IMG/VR virus record: IMGVR_UViG_3300028920_000022
Location: 62,001-126,000 of that record
Strand: one strand, 5' to 3'
DNA length: 64,000 nucleotides
The notes below the pieces were generated by a model. The model saw nothing but the letters and a program-made list of their open reading frames with translations, was not told the origin of the DNA and ran no database searches. Below are positions 29,441 through 40,424 of this stretch, piece by piece. A program made the translations under genes and the position numbers. Numbering within the stretch: the first letter of the stretch is position 1; every line of letters begins with the position of its first letter.

Positions 29441-29626
29441 ATGCGAAACATTAGTCAACTGATCGAACAAGTGTTAGCGGATCAAAAGGTTCTCCGGGCA
29501 CATTCTTCTGATGGAACAGAAGTCTGGGTAGCTATTAGTGAGCGCCCTAAAGATGCGTTAGATTTAGTTTTGGACCAGCAACCAATTAGTGCGGAAACTT
29601 TTAGGTTTTATGGGAGCAAAGTATGA
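29441..29626 (+). CDS. hypothetical protein (start corrected, leaderless)
   Basis: promoter TTGACA-17-TATAAA 29405-29433. Confidence 0.6.
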   Translation: MRNISQLIEQVLADQKVLRAHSSDGTEVWVAISERPKDALDLVLDQQPISAETFRFYGSKV

Positions 29627-30261
29627 ATTGGGAACAAAAACTAGCCAAGCTTCAGGAATTAAAATCTGATCTTTTGCGAATGGTTGAACCAGGACATTGG
29701 GTTTGTAATATTCCTGGTGAAATTGGTGGTGACGGAGTATTGCGTAGTGATTTTGGTCAGGGTTCTAAACCATCTGATGCTGTAAATGCTGCATACAATA
29801 TTGTCCAAAACATTCCAAACAAGAAATATATTACCACAACCGGTTGGCAAAAACCGAGACAATATTTTCGTTTGTATGGTGATGAGTGGGTAAGAGTGGT
29901 AGGTTGGGATGAGGCTTGCTAAGCATGACTGTAAAAGAATTGATAGAGGAGCTACAAAAGTTTGATCCTGACCAGTTGGTTGTTGTCAAAGATTGTGGTT
30001 TTCAAGAATTAGAAGTTTACGGAGAATGTGAGCTTACTGAAATAGGTGAAGATCCGTAGTTTACTTGGGATAACCAATGGTATATTTTCTTTTAATTTGG
30101 TTTTTGTGTGGTGTTGTTGGTATTCTCATACAGATCTTGAGAGCCAGAAGGCTTCACAGACCTTTAGTGGCGCCAGTCGTTTTAGTTATTGGTTTTTTCA
30201 TTATGCTTCTTTTGGGACCGGCTTCACTTATTTTTTCCATCTATGAATGGTATACAAAGAA

Positions 30262-31170
30262 ATGAAAATTCAAACCTTTTCCATAGTTACTGGCGGTACC
30301 GCATGTAATGCGCGCTGTCCTTTTTGCGTCAGTAGAATGACTGGCGATATGGATGTTGCTAACTTAAAAGACCCGGAAGTTAATTGGCGCAATTTCCGCA
30401 AAGCATGCAAGTTGGCAGCTAAAGCGGGAGCAACTACTGCAATGCTGACCGGAAAGGGAGAACCTCTGTTGTGGACGGAATTAATTACTCAATATATGGA
30501 ACAATTGTATGAGTCTGATTTGTTTCCAATTATTGAGCTACAAACCAACGGTTTGCTATTACCCACTAAACCAACTAGTTTTGAGACGTCCGGATACGAT
30601 ATGTTCTGTCGGCTACGCAATTGGTATAGTTTAGGGCTGACAACTGTAGCTATTTCTGTAGTTCATTGGAAACCTTCTAAAAATAAATCCATTTATACTC
30701 CAAACAAAGAATATTTTAACCTTCCCGCAGTCATTAAAACACTTCATGATGTTGGGTTTTCAGTACGTTTGTGCTGTGTGATGGCTAAGGATTATGTGGA
30801 CGATTTTTACGACGTCAAAGAAATGATAGAGTTTACAAAGGAACACGGAGTAGAACAGTTAACATTTACTCCGGTTTCGGTGCCATCTATGTCTGAAGAT
30901 CAAGATGCAACCCAGTGGATTTTGGATCATTATCTAGATCCAACCACTGATATTGAGGCAATTATTTCTGGGCTAATTCTGAATGGGGCGATGGAAATTA
31001 TGCAACTTCCTCATGGCGCTCGGGTGTTTGATTTTCATGGACAAAATGTTTGTTTTAATAACTGTCTAAACCCAGGACCGGACGAACTGAACCGTATAAG
31101 AAATCTTATCTTTTTTCCTAACGGAACAGTGCGTTATAAATGGGATTCAGAAGGATCAATTATATTCTAA
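30262..31170 (+). CDS. radical SAM protein
   Basis: CNARCPFC, LTGKGEPLL, ELQTNG. Confidence 0.9.
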   Translation: MKIQTFSIVTGGTACNARCPFCVSRMTGDMDVANLKDPEVNWRNFRKACKLAAKAGATTAMLTGKGEPLLWTELITQYMEQLYESDLFPIIELQTNGLLLPTKPTSFETSGYDMFCRLRNWYSLGLTTVAISVVHWKPSKNKSIYTPNKEYFNLPAVIKTLHDVGFSVRLCCVMAKDYVDDFYDVKEMIEFTKEHGVEQLTFTPVSVPSMSEDQDATQWILDHYLDPTTDIEAIISGLILNGAMEIMQLPHGARVFDFHGQNVCFNNCLNPGPDELNRIRNLIFFPNGTVRYKWDSEGSIIF

Positions 31171-31564
31171 TGGTATGCAAAAGAACACGCAGCAGGGCGC
31201 ATCGTAGAGACCGAAGGCGCGCAAAAGCTAGCAAATGGGCTAGACAGGGTAAGTGTGGAATGAGCGGAAAGGTCGGGCACGGTCCCGGTCCTGCACCACA
31301 GGTGGAAATTAAAAGTCATACGCCAGCCGATTTGTCACCACACGCCAGGCTGAGACGGTTGTTACTTCCCAAACCGGAAGCACTCAGACCAGAAGGAAAA
31401 AGAAAAACTTCTCTAAAAATCAAATTAAACAAGGTCGTTGAACTTCCTGAACTGCCACCAACCGTGGAAAAAGATGGTTGGGAGCAATATCAAATTGACA
31501 TACATAACGAAATGTGTGATAACGAATTTGATCTGGAAAACCTGGGGAGCAAACCAAAACCGCG

Positions 31565-32164
31565 ATGACTTCTATTATCAAAGAATTAAAAGCACACACA
31601 CCGTTCACCCTGTTTGGTACGTTTACTGGTGTGGTCTTAATGGCATTAATAGTAGTGTCGGGGATTAGTAGAAATGTTTCGGAAACAATTTTTGATATCC
31701 TTCATCCGGCTCACGTTCTTTTTAGTGCCTGGGTTACAGCAGGATTATATTTCATTCACAAAAGAAATGTTTTCTATGCTATCGTGGTGGGATATTTCGG
31801 ATCTATTGGTATTGGAACGTTAAGCGATTGTCTTATTCCATACGCCGGAGAGCTATTGCTTAAATTACCACACGCCCATCATCACATCGGATTTATAGAG
31901 CTGTGGTATGCAGTAAATCCATTAGCAATATTTGGATCTATACTTGGTATTTTTTTTGCTCGCACTAAGGAACCACACGCCTTGCACGTTCTATTAAGCA
32001 CTTGGGCTTCATTGTTCCATATTACAATGGCAATGGAAATTGGTTTTAATGCCGTAGAATTGGTATTGATTTCTGTATTCCTATTTTTGGCAGTGTTGTT
32101 GCCATGTTGTGTGAGTGACATAGTATTTCCATTATTATTTGTAAAACCTGCTAATAATTCTTAA
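31565..32164 (+). CDS. His-rich multi-TM membrane protein (possible metal permease)
   Basis: about 6 TM segments; HP.H, HAHHH, PH..H, CC.SD. Confidence 0.6.
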   Translation: MTSIIKELKAHTPFTLFGTFTGVVLMALIVVSGISRNVSETIFDILHPAHVLFSAWVTAGLYFIHKRNVFYAIVVGYFGSIGIGTLSDCLIPYAGELLLKLPHAHHHIGFIELWYAVNPLAIFGSILGIFFARTKEPHALHVLLSTWASLFHITMAMEIGFNAVELVLISVFLFLAVLLPCCVSDIVFPLLFVKPANNS

Positions 32165-32664
32165 TATCTGAAATGTTTTATTTTATCTGGTCTTTAATTA
32201 TGGGTACGGGTATGCTACCATTTCTTTTTGTAGCAAGTAGCAAAAAGACATGGACGACTCAAAACAAAAAGAATTAGAAGCTCTGATTACAGAGATTTTC
32301 GGTAAGTTTAGCCTGCAAGAAATGAAGGCTATGCGCTCCAGTTTGGAGCGCATAATCGCAATGACTCTTATTATTGAAACTGGTTTTGGGATTGAATCTG
32401 TCATACGTGTCCAATCAAAAGTTACCGGATTGTTGCGCGAATTAAATAATAAAGACATCAGTTTAGAAAGATATAATAGGTTGACCGATCCTATGTTATT
32501 ACTTACAACTGAAGAGTTTCAGTATTTCAAACTTAGCTTGGGACTTTCTGTGTTTAATCTACCAGTAGCGATACTTGAGGCATGAAAGTTTCTCATTGAC
32601 AACGAACCATCTTTAAGGTATCATCGTTTCAACATTAACGAAGTATTCGGAGACGCATAAAATT

Positions 32665-33312
32665 ATGTCAAAACAAACACAACTTACTATTAACGATCTG
32701 GTAGTTATTCAAAAGTTCCTTTGTAAGACTCTAGCTGAGCCTGGTAGTCGTGTCACTTCGTCTGATGTATATGAAAGCACCAAGAATGATGTGGAATCAA
32801 ACTTGGAGCTGCACCACTTTCGTGCGTCATTGTCAGAGCGTATCAAGGATGGTACGTTGGCTGGCGTGGCTACTAGAAAAGGTCGTTATGGTGGGATTGT
32901 GGTAGACGATATTGATCTGGCGAAAGAAACTATTGCTAGGTTGGAACAGTCTGTTGAAACTGGTAAGCCAGTACAAAAAATCAAGGCAGAAGTTCCTACC
33001 GGCAAGGAACACACTGGAGAATTTGCAATCACTGTTTCCAGTAATTATCGTATTGCCCCAATTGATAGACTTAATTGGTCCTTGCAAAAGCGCCACAACA
33101 ATGTTAATGGTGAAGCTGGTTGGACTAACATGTACTATTACGGAACACTTGAGCAGGCAGTTCACGGAACAGCAAAGGCAATTTTGGACAAGAGATTGCG
33201 CACTTCCGGGGAAATTGTGATAACATTAAAAGATCTGGAAACTATGCTTAATAATATTCATAAGACGATTGTAAATGAAATGAATATTGAGGTACAGAAG
33301 TTTACTGAGTAA
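32665..33312 (+). CDS. winged-helix-like N-domain protein
   Basis: RKGRYGGI motif; promoter 32596-32624, GGAG SD. Confidence 0.65.
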   Translation: MSKQTQLTINDLVVIQKFLCKTLAEPGSRVTSSDVYESTKNDVESNLELHHFRASLSERIKDGTLAGVATRKGRYGGIVVDDIDLAKETIARLEQSVETGKPVQKIKAEVPTGKEHTGEFAITVSSNYRIAPIDRLNWSLQKRHNNVNGEAGWTNMYYYGTLEQAVHGTAKAILDKRLRTSGEIVITLKDLETMLNNIHKTIVNEMNIEVQKFTE

Positions 33313-33324
33313 TTTGGAGGCAAC

Positions 33325-34137
33325 ATGGCAGCAAGAGCAGTTTGTAGTGGGTCTATTACTTTTGGTCTAGTTACAGTTCCGGTCAAGCTGTATACGGCAG
33401 CTTCCAGCGAATCAGTAAGTTTTAACTTTATCTCCCCTTCCAGTGTAGGAAAGGGTAAAACCTTGAAGAAGGCACGCATGCCATTGTTGGATGCTGTTAA
33501 TGGCAAGGAAATTGATCGTAGCACATGTCCACGCGGATACGAATATGCTAAGGGAGAGTTTGTGGTCTTTTCTGCGGAAGAGATTAAGAAGCTCGAAGCT
33601 ACCAAGAATAGCTGTATCGAAATTCAGGAATTTGCCGAAATCAGTGCCGTGGATCTGATTCAGGTGGAAAAGTCCTATTATGTCAAGCCTGACAAGGGTG
33701 GTGACAAGGGTTATAAGCTGCTTTCTCAGGTAATGAAAGAAAAAAGCGTAGCCGCCATTGCCTCATGGACCTACAAGGGCAAAGAGCGTCTCGTTATGGT
33801 GCGAGATTACAAGGGTGGTTTGCTGCTTCATCAGTTGTATTATGTCAACGAAGTTCGGGATTTCGATGACAATTGCGCAGCCGTTTCATTGTCCGAGCCT
33901 GAGCTGGATATTGCTTCACAGCTAATTGATCAGCACACTACTGGCGCGCTGGATTTGAGCAAATATCGCGATGTTCATGTTGATCGGGTCATGAAGGCGG
34001 TGGATCAAAAGAAGGCTGGTGGTGAGGTTAACATTGAAACCGCTGCGGCTGCTTCGTCTCTTGGTACTCTGGAGGCTATGCAAGCAATGTTGAAGGCTTC
34101 TAAGAAGTCACCCAAAAAGAAGGCGCCAAAGAAGTAA
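33325..34137 (+). CDS. ku: Ku (NHEJ DNA end-binding) protein
   Basis: G.ITFGLVTVPVKLY.A, GYEY.KG, YYV.PD, basic C-tail. Confidence 0.93.
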   Translation: MAARAVCSGSITFGLVTVPVKLYTAASSESVSFNFISPSSVGKGKTLKKARMPLLDAVNGKEIDRSTCPRGYEYAKGEFVVFSAEEIKKLEATKNSCIEIQEFAEISAVDLIQVEKSYYVKPDKGGDKGYKLLSQVMKEKSVAAIASWTYKGKERLVMVRDYKGGLLLHQLYYVNEVRDFDDNCAAVSLSEPELDIASQLIDQHTTGALDLSKYRDVHVDRVMKAVDQKKAGGEVNIETAAAASSLGTLEAMQAMLKASKKSPKKKAPKK

Positions 34138-34495
34138 TGGAAAAAAGGTTAAAACTTTATAAATGTTCGGTTAAGATTTCTCACGAATTTGTGGTTGCGT
34201 GTACGCACAAGCCCACATCTAAAGAAATCATTAGCTGGGGTAATGAGTCGGTATCGAACGACCCAATTGGTGGTACATTGTCGGGTGGCAAATCAGCACT
34301 TATAAAGTCTATGGATGATTTGCCCGAAGGTTGGTCCGGCACATGCCAACCATATGGATCGGTATGCGAAACTTGCGAGGATATTTTCTCTTCTGAATTA
34401 CGTAAACCAGATTTAATCCAGAAACTAAGGAACGGAAAGACTCTTACTGAATCAGAAATTGCATATTTGGAGAACAATTAATTGGAGATTCAATA

Positions 34496-35023
34496 ATGAA
34501 CGAAGAAAAAGACGAACGCACTACTTTGGTTTTGGGAGATTTGACTGCGCTATTCGCAGCTCGCAGCCTTTATCACAAAAGCATTAACTATGCTAGGTTG
34601 GATGAGGTTCTCAAGCGAGTATTGGGAGTTGAAGAATACGACGCAAACCTGTGGTTTACTCTGTTCCGGCAGGATAATGAAAAGCAGGCATCGTTTATTC
34701 AGGGTTTACGTGAGCTTGGTTGGGATATCGAGACGGTATCTGCCCGAGACGTGAAGCATATGAATGATACTCGTTTCTATCGATTCGATGCCAGAATTGC
34801 TTACAATCTCGGTTTGGCAGTAGAGGCATATGATCGGGTGGTTGTGGTATCTGATAGTTATGAGCTGCACTCTCCGATTACCCGGCTACATGATGATGAC
34901 CCCAAGATCGAAACGCATTTGGCATTTTTCTCTGATGCTCTGGATGGCAGGTGGTGGAAGGAAATCCGCCGTGAGAATTCCCGATTGCACTTGATTGATC
35001 TGGAAGAAGAGCTGCAGAAATAA
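34496..35023 (+). CDS. NYN/LabA-like PIN-fold nuclease
   Basis: N-terminal D, D..I, VVVVSD pattern. Confidence 0.55.
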   Translation: MNEEKDERTTLVLGDLTALFAARSLYHKSINYARLDEVLKRVLGVEEYDANLWFTLFRQDNEKQASFIQGLRELGWDIETVSARDVKHMNDTRFYRFDARIAYNLGLAVEAYDRVVVVSDSYELHSPITRLHDDDPKIETHLAFFSDALDGRWWKEIRRENSRLHLIDLEEELQK

Positions 35024-35716
35024 ATTCAATGCAAATTGAAGAAGAAATTCTCACTTTGTATTGCGAAACATGTGGTGCAGTTTTAGACCCAGATTTGTGC
35101 CAAACAGATGGTGAGTTTATTAAGCAAGAAATGGCAGACTTTATTATTGAACATCAGGACCACCAAAAACATGGAGTTGTTTGGGTATATTCAGAAGATG
35201 ACGAATGGATAGTAGACGATACGTTGACACCTTTGCGTTTGTTGGCGTTGCACTGATTTGTAGAAACTACAATGAAATCGATAAAAATTACACTACCCGT
35301 TATCATCGAGGCTAATGATTACCATGAGTTTCCTTATGCTCAAGATTACTTACGTAAGGTTATTCCCAGCCTTAAAGTAAAAGAAGTTGGTTTTGGATAC
35401 CGATATTATGCCGTTGCCTACATTGGCAGGCTGACAGATAGTCCTGTTGCCAAACTAATTAAGGAAACTAGAATTCGCTGTAGAAAAGAACAAGACTGGT
35501 CGAATGGATAACTGTGTCTCAAGGATACAAACAATACGAAACTCCAGTTACAGTTACTATCATTGGCACTGCCTGTGTTACCTTGCGTAACGATTGTTCT
35601 CCGGAACAAATAAAAGCAGCCGTAAAACAGGCTGAATCAGGATATCACCAACAATACATCGTTATCCGTGGTGATGAAACGGTTGTTATCAAACCACACG
35701 ATACAAAAATAGACGT

Positions 35717-35932
35717 TTAAGGCACTGGTTTTTCCGTACGCAATTCTTCGGCAATTAGGTCCATCAAAGTTCCCACTAATTCCATCATTTCATTTGGTGT
35801 AGCGCCTTCTGCTTTGAGACTATTAAATAATGATTTAGCCAAAGTAGGTACGGTCCTCTCATCCTTGTGGGTCATTTGAGAGGATTTGATTATATTTTTA
35901 AGTTTGTTTATACGGTGCTCTGAATGTTTCAT
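35717..35932 (-). CDS. small helical protein on the opposite strand
   Basis: LAKSLFNSLKAEGATPNEMMELVGTLMDLI helical motif. Confidence 0.55.
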   Translation of the reverse strand: MKHSEHRINKLKNIIKSSQMTHKDERTVPTLAKSLFNSLKAEGATPNEMMELVGTLMDLIAEELRTEKPVP

Positions 35933-35951
35933 CACAAAATAATGTGGAATT

Positions 35952-36143
35952 ATGCTGCAAATTGGAACACACAAATTAATACCTAAACCCAATGAGATTC
36001 GTTATTATATTTGCGAAGTTTGTGGCATTATTATATATAAGGGAGAAAATACATATATAATTTCTGTTGCGTCAGATGCTATTCTATGTGATCCAACTGA
36101 AGTCACTTGTGATGAATGGATAATCAAATCCGTGATAGAATAA
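35952..36143 (+). CDS. zinc-ribbon protein with C-terminal IKSVIE motif
   Basis: H..CEVCG..CDEWIIKSVIE*. Confidence 0.65.
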   Translation: MLQIGTHKLIPKPNEIRYYICEVCGIIIYKGENTYIISVASDAILCDPTEVTCDEWIIKSVIE

Positions 36144-36183
36144 TTGTTGACAGCATCATGGGTTTATGATAGTCTGCATTCAA

Positions 36184-36282
36184 TTCCGGCTGAGCTTTTG
36201 CTAGCCGGAGGGTCCTACCTAGTGTTTCTAGGGTTATGTTATTTGCCCCGATTTCATAACTGCTAGGGAGGAAAGGGGGCTT
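36184..36282 (+). ncRNA. candidate structured leader or ncRNA with pseudoknot
   Basis: promoter 36147-36175; four stems plus GCCCC/GGGGC loop pairing. Confidence 0.4.
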
Positions 36283-36545
36283 CAATTTTAGGAAAATATG
36301 TACGAAGTCACTGACGCACAAAAGGTAAGCGGTGGAATTGTTGTAACGTTCAGTTACATCGTTACTCCTTCCTGGTTTTTGCGTCTCTTTGGAAAAAAGC
36401 CCAGGCGTGAAACGATTGTTGCGTTTACCCAAGGTCACACAGATTGGCGATATTTCCCTTCTCTATTAAGTACTACATTTGATGACTGGTTCGGATTTAA
36501 TGATGCATGGAATCGTTACGAAATTCTTAACAAATTGGGCGATGA

Positions 36546-36818
36546 ATGACACAAATTATAATCAAATCAGAACGATCTTTGGCTAGGCGCATTGCTGGAG
36601 CACACAACTCTATTCCAGTGGTTGTTGTGTCTGGCACCAAAGCTCCTAAACTCTGTGGAGAAAGTTACCATTATACCACCAAAACAGGGCTACCAATTTA
36701 TCACCCAAACGCTTACTCCAAAAAGGGATTTTCCTCAATGGTGTACCACTGTTCTACATTGCGCGTAGAAGTGGGTGTTCGGTGGCTTGATCGTCGTCAT
36801 CTGTGGAGCACAAAATGA
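36546..36818 (+). CDS. hypothetical protein
   Basis: ORF. Confidence 0.6.
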   Translation: MTQIIIKSERSLARRIAGAHNSIPVVVVSGTKAPKLCGESYHYTTKTGLPIYHPNAYSKKGFSSMVYHCSTLRVEVGVRWLDRRHLWSTK

Positions 36819-37074
36819 AGCTTACTCAATCACAAAAAGATCAAATTATTGATGCTATCTCTAAGCATTGCCAAGGCACGCCATTGCAGCCAAACGCCGA
36901 GTTTGCTTCACACTATCTTGGTAACTACGTGATTTCACTATTAGAAAACCGTGACGAACTTTTAAGCTAAGCGATACAAAAACTCATTGACAATCTTAGT
37001 TTGTTGAGGTAAAGTCACTCTTACAAGGTTGACAGAAACCTAAACAAACCAACAAACAACAAACGAGGTAGATT

Positions 37075-37449
37075 ATGGCACGAAATGTTCTTTCCTACAA
37101 GTTCCAGTCAGCAGCGCGCGACGTCCTGCGTAAGGGTTGTGCTGAGGGGCAGCGGATCACCCGCGAGCAGCTCAGCGAGGCTCTGGCAGAGCGCGGCTAC
37201 GCTGTTTCCCCTGTCCTTGCGGCTGCAATCATTGCCGAGTCGGATGAGCTGAATACTCCCACCCAGGAGTGGATGCTCTGTCGCGGTCGGTACGGTGGCA
37301 TCCGTGAGGCTGACCTGGAGGCTTACCAGGCTGAGTTGGCTGCAGAGGCAGCCCGAAAGGCTAAGGCGGCGGAGCGTGCGGCTAAGCGGGCAGCCAAGGC
37401 TGCTGCGGAAGCCGGGCAGACCGACGAGCCCGAAGCGGTTGCGGTCTAA
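37075..37449 (+). CDS. putative winged-helix protein with Ala/Lys-rich tail
   Basis: RGRYGGI motif; promoter 36987-37015; AAAC-rich leader plus GAGG SD; GC-rich codons. Confidence 0.65.
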   Translation: MARNVLSYKFQSAARDVLRKGCAEGQRITREQLSEALAERGYAVSPVLAAAIIAESDELNTPTQEWMLCRGRYGGIREADLEAYQAELAAEAARKAKAAERAAKRAAKAAAEAGQTDEPEAVAV

Positions 37450-37473
37450 TCCCAACCAAAACCAACATTAAGT

Positions 37474-37500
37474 ACCCTGGCTCTCAAAAAGAGCTGGGGT
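37474..37500 (+). terminator. hairpin ACCCTGGCTCT-CAAAA-AGAGCTGGGGT
   Basis: 11-bp stem after a highly expressed-looking gene. Confidence 0.6.
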
Positions 37501-37824
37501 CTTAGTGTTTTCTATCGATATTTTCTCAATATGTGACGAGGCGAATATGGATAGGACAGAACAGATTAAGCAGGATATAATATTATTGGCTGGTAAAGTG
37601 TTTAATGAGGAAATTCCTATTAAGAACATTTGTGTGTCGAGAGCTGGGAAACTAAATCCCTACAATAGAACTAGTTGTGCTCTATACGAAAGCAGACTTT
37701 TTTCTAACAGCCTTCAAGAGCTAGCATGTGGTGGAATGAGCAAAAATACCGCAGGCGCCTTAAACGAATTGTTAAAAAAGATCAAAGACATAAGAAAACA
37801 ACAACTAAGAAATAGAATTGAACC

Positions 37825-38409
37825 ATGATATATGTGACCGCGGATTCACACTGGAATCATTCAAATATAATTAAATATTGTGATCGTCCATTTAATAATA
37901 TTACCGAAATGAATGAATATTTAATTAAAAAATGGAATGAAGTTGTTGGTCCCAAAGATACAGTTTATCATTTAGGCGATTTTGCTATGGGAAAGAATCC
38001 AGACAAGTTTTTCTACAGATTAAATGGGTCGCAAAAGTTTCTTATTGCAGGAAACCACGATAAAAAAGAAACTCTTAACCTTCCATGGACAAGGGTTTAT
38101 GGTAAGAAAAGAGAATACGTTACTTTAGTTTTAAATATAAATAACCAAGAAATAGCAGTAAGCCATTTTGCAGGCAAAGTATGGGACCAATCCCACCGAA
38201 ATGCTTGGTTGTTGTATGGTCACAGCCACGCGACTCTACCGGAAGACTCACGATTATCCTTTGATGCTGGGGTGGATGCGTGGGATTTCATGCCAATTAG
38301 TTTGGATATTATTACGCGAAAAATGCAATGGAAATTAAAGAATGGTGCGCCTCCAATTAAACAATACACCCCAGAAGCAGTGCGCGAATTTAATAGACAG
38401 TTCCTATGA
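37825..38409 (+). CDS. calcineurin-like metallophosphoesterase
   Basis: DSH, HLGD, GNHD, GHSH motifs. Confidence 0.9.
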   Translation: MIYVTADSHWNHSNIIKYCDRPFNNITEMNEYLIKKWNEVVGPKDTVYHLGDFAMGKNPDKFFYRLNGSQKFLIAGNHDKKETLNLPWTRVYGKKREYVTLVLNINNQEIAVSHFAGKVWDQSHRNAWLLYGHSHATLPEDSRLSFDAGVDAWDFMPISLDIITRKMQWKLKNGAPPIKQYTPEAVREFNRQFL

Positions 38410-38466
38410 GGTTTTCGCCTTAGGAACCGCTTGACAAGTGCCCGTTCTGATTGGTATTATCAGGGC

Positions 38467-39354
38467 ATGGTAGACAGAATTCAGTGGTATTGCGGTCCGC
38501 GGCTCGATGGCGTGCTCGCTGATCTGCAGGACCTTGAAGACCAGGGAAACCGTGTTGCCGAGCGCAAAAAGGACGGTCGCTGGTGTGGTCTATATGTAGA
38601 TTACTTTAAATCTTGTAAACATAAATTCGAATCTCGTGCTGGAATTGATCATGAAGATTCGCTACTATTGGGTTTAAATAATCTAGATCTTGGTGATTTG
38701 GGTAAAGATACTATTCTAGTTGGGGAACTAGAAGCGGGAACCACAGCAGCTAATATACGGTTTTCTCGATTGGGATACCGACGTATATGGTTATTCGATG
38801 TGGTTTGTTTGAGGGGACATGATTTGCGCCACATGGTTCTACGGGACCGTCGTATTCTATTGAGGGAAACCATTTGGAACATGTTTCCCGCCAAGACGCA
38901 GCAACGATTGCCTTTGGTGGAAGACAGTGAGGATAATTTTGTAGATTTCTACAAGCGTACTTTGGAAGATGGTGACGAGGGTGTGGTCATAAAGAGGTTA
39001 GATATTTCTGGCTGGTCCTATCGTTCGTCTGGGAAAACTGATCATTGGGTCCGGGTTAAGCCCACACGAACGATTGACTATGCCGTTATTGGTCCAGACA
39101 AAACCGACGGAGGAGATTTGACAGCCAATCTTGGGTTGTGGGAAAACGGTAAGTTGCGCAAGGTTCTCAAGTACCAGCTACCTCAAATGACACTTTTGCC
39201 TAACGGACATTTGGCAGAAGAGGGAAGGGTGGTTGAGATGTACGGGCGTGAATTGTTTGAATCAGGATCTCTGCGTTCTGCGCAATTCCTGCGCTGGCGA
39301 GATGATAAAACGCCTGATATGTGTGATGGAACAATTAATATGGTGAGTTTATGA
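38467..39354 (+). CDS. compact ATP-dependent DNA ligase (start corrected, leaderless)
   Basis: motifs I ERKKDG, III GEL, IIIa FDVV, IV EGVVIK, V VKP, VI FLRWRDDK. Confidence 0.82.
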   Translation: MVDRIQWYCGPRLDGVLADLQDLEDQGNRVAERKKDGRWCGLYVDYFKSCKHKFESRAGIDHEDSLLLGLNNLDLGDLGKDTILVGELEAGTTAANIRFSRLGYRRIWLFDVVCLRGHDLRHMVLRDRRILLRETIWNMFPAKTQQRLPLVEDSEDNFVDFYKRTLEDGDEGVVIKRLDISGWSYRSSGKTDHWVRVKPTRTIDYAVIGPDKTDGGDLTANLGLWENGKLRKVLKYQLPQMTLLPNGHLAEEGRVVEMYGRELFESGSLRSAQFLRWRDDKTPDMCDGTINMVSL

Positions 39355-39653
39355 GCTACCTCAGCGGTACGTTTTTACATTTTAATGACAGCGAGACTGG
39401 TTCACACAATATTCCTGCTAACGATCCTCATATTACTGCCTTGTTGGACAGTCATAACTGGTCAGTCGGTCCAGGATATACTCATTTATTGTGCAAAGAT
39501 TGTGGGGCGGCAATTATTGTGAGCGGTAACGAAATATATTTCCATAGCAATGGTAATCCACCAGAAACACGTCCGGCGATGGCTAACCATTGGGTTTCTG
39601 CAGAATATCCAATAGATTGTAAGTCCAATTCAATAAAGCAGGTAATAACATGA
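39351..39653 (+). CDS. zinc-ribbon protein with C-terminal IKQVIT motif
   Basis: H..CKDCG..CKSNSIKQVIT*. Confidence 0.65.
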   Translation: MSYLSGTFLHFNDSETGSHNIPANDPHITALLDSHNWSVGPGYTHLLCKDCGAAIIVSGNEIYFHSNGNPPETRPAMANHWVSAEYPIDCKSNSIKQVIT

Positions 39654-39920
39654 AAGAATATAGTTGTAGTGATATTGAAAGTCTTTTAGGAATAAAAAAC
39701 GCCAGAGATGTTTTTCAAAGGGTTTCACGTTTAATTAGAAACCCTGCCTGCGTTGATAGTGAAAATGTATTAGTTGATGCGTATATCAATACATATATTT
39801 TATCCGGAAAAGCGGCGGCAAGAAAAGAAATTGCTAGGAGAATTCAATTAGCAAAAGAAATAAGAAGGTTAAGAGAATTGTATCTTGACAGGATTCGTCG
39901 TTCCAGCTATCCTCCTTCCT

Positions 39921-40361
39921 ATGACTAACAAGGTAAAGATTCTTCGAGGTATCGCTGGCTCAGGTAAGTCCACGTACACACACGCGCATTACTACAATGC
40001 TGTAGTCGTGAGTGCCGATCATTTTTTTGAAGATGCACAGGGTAATTATAAATTCGATGTTTCGAAACTTGGGGATGCACATAGCTCTTGTTTCCGTAAA
40101 TATATTGAAGCATTACAGGCTGGTGAGCCTTTGATAGTAGTGGACAACACGAACACTACGGCTTGGGAATGTAGTCCGTATGTTCAAGGAGGAGCGGCTT
40201 TTGGTTATGATGTAGAAATCATTACTTTGGACTGTGATCCGGAGGTTGCCGCTAATCGTAATGTACATGGGGTTCCTAGAAAGAGTGTTTTAGAAATGTA
40301 TCGGAGATTAACGAAGAACCGTTTGCCTCCGTTTTGGAACCAAAAAACAGTGAAACCATGA
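39921..40361 (+). CDS. P-loop kinase (AAA_33/polynucleotide kinase-like), leaderless
   Basis: RGIAGSGKST, SAD, IVVDNTN, RNVHGVP. Confidence 0.85.
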   Translation: MTNKVKILRGIAGSGKSTYTHAHYYNAVVVSADHFFEDAQGNYKFDVSKLGDAHSSCFRKYIEALQAGEPLIVVDNTNTTAWECSPYVQGGAAFGYDVEIITLDCDPEVAANRNVHGVPRKSVLEMYRRLTKNRLPPFWNQKTVKP

Positions 40362-40424
40362 TTCCACTATGGATAAATTTCTCAAAAAAGTAATTAATGT
40401 TCGTAGATGCATGTGGACGTAAAT

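Noticed and set aside
36222-36282. ykkC-type (guanidine/ppGpp/PRPP) riboswitch
   Set aside because: Only the TTTCTAGGGTT fragment resembles it; the conserved 3' GGGA..AAAGCCC block is absent.
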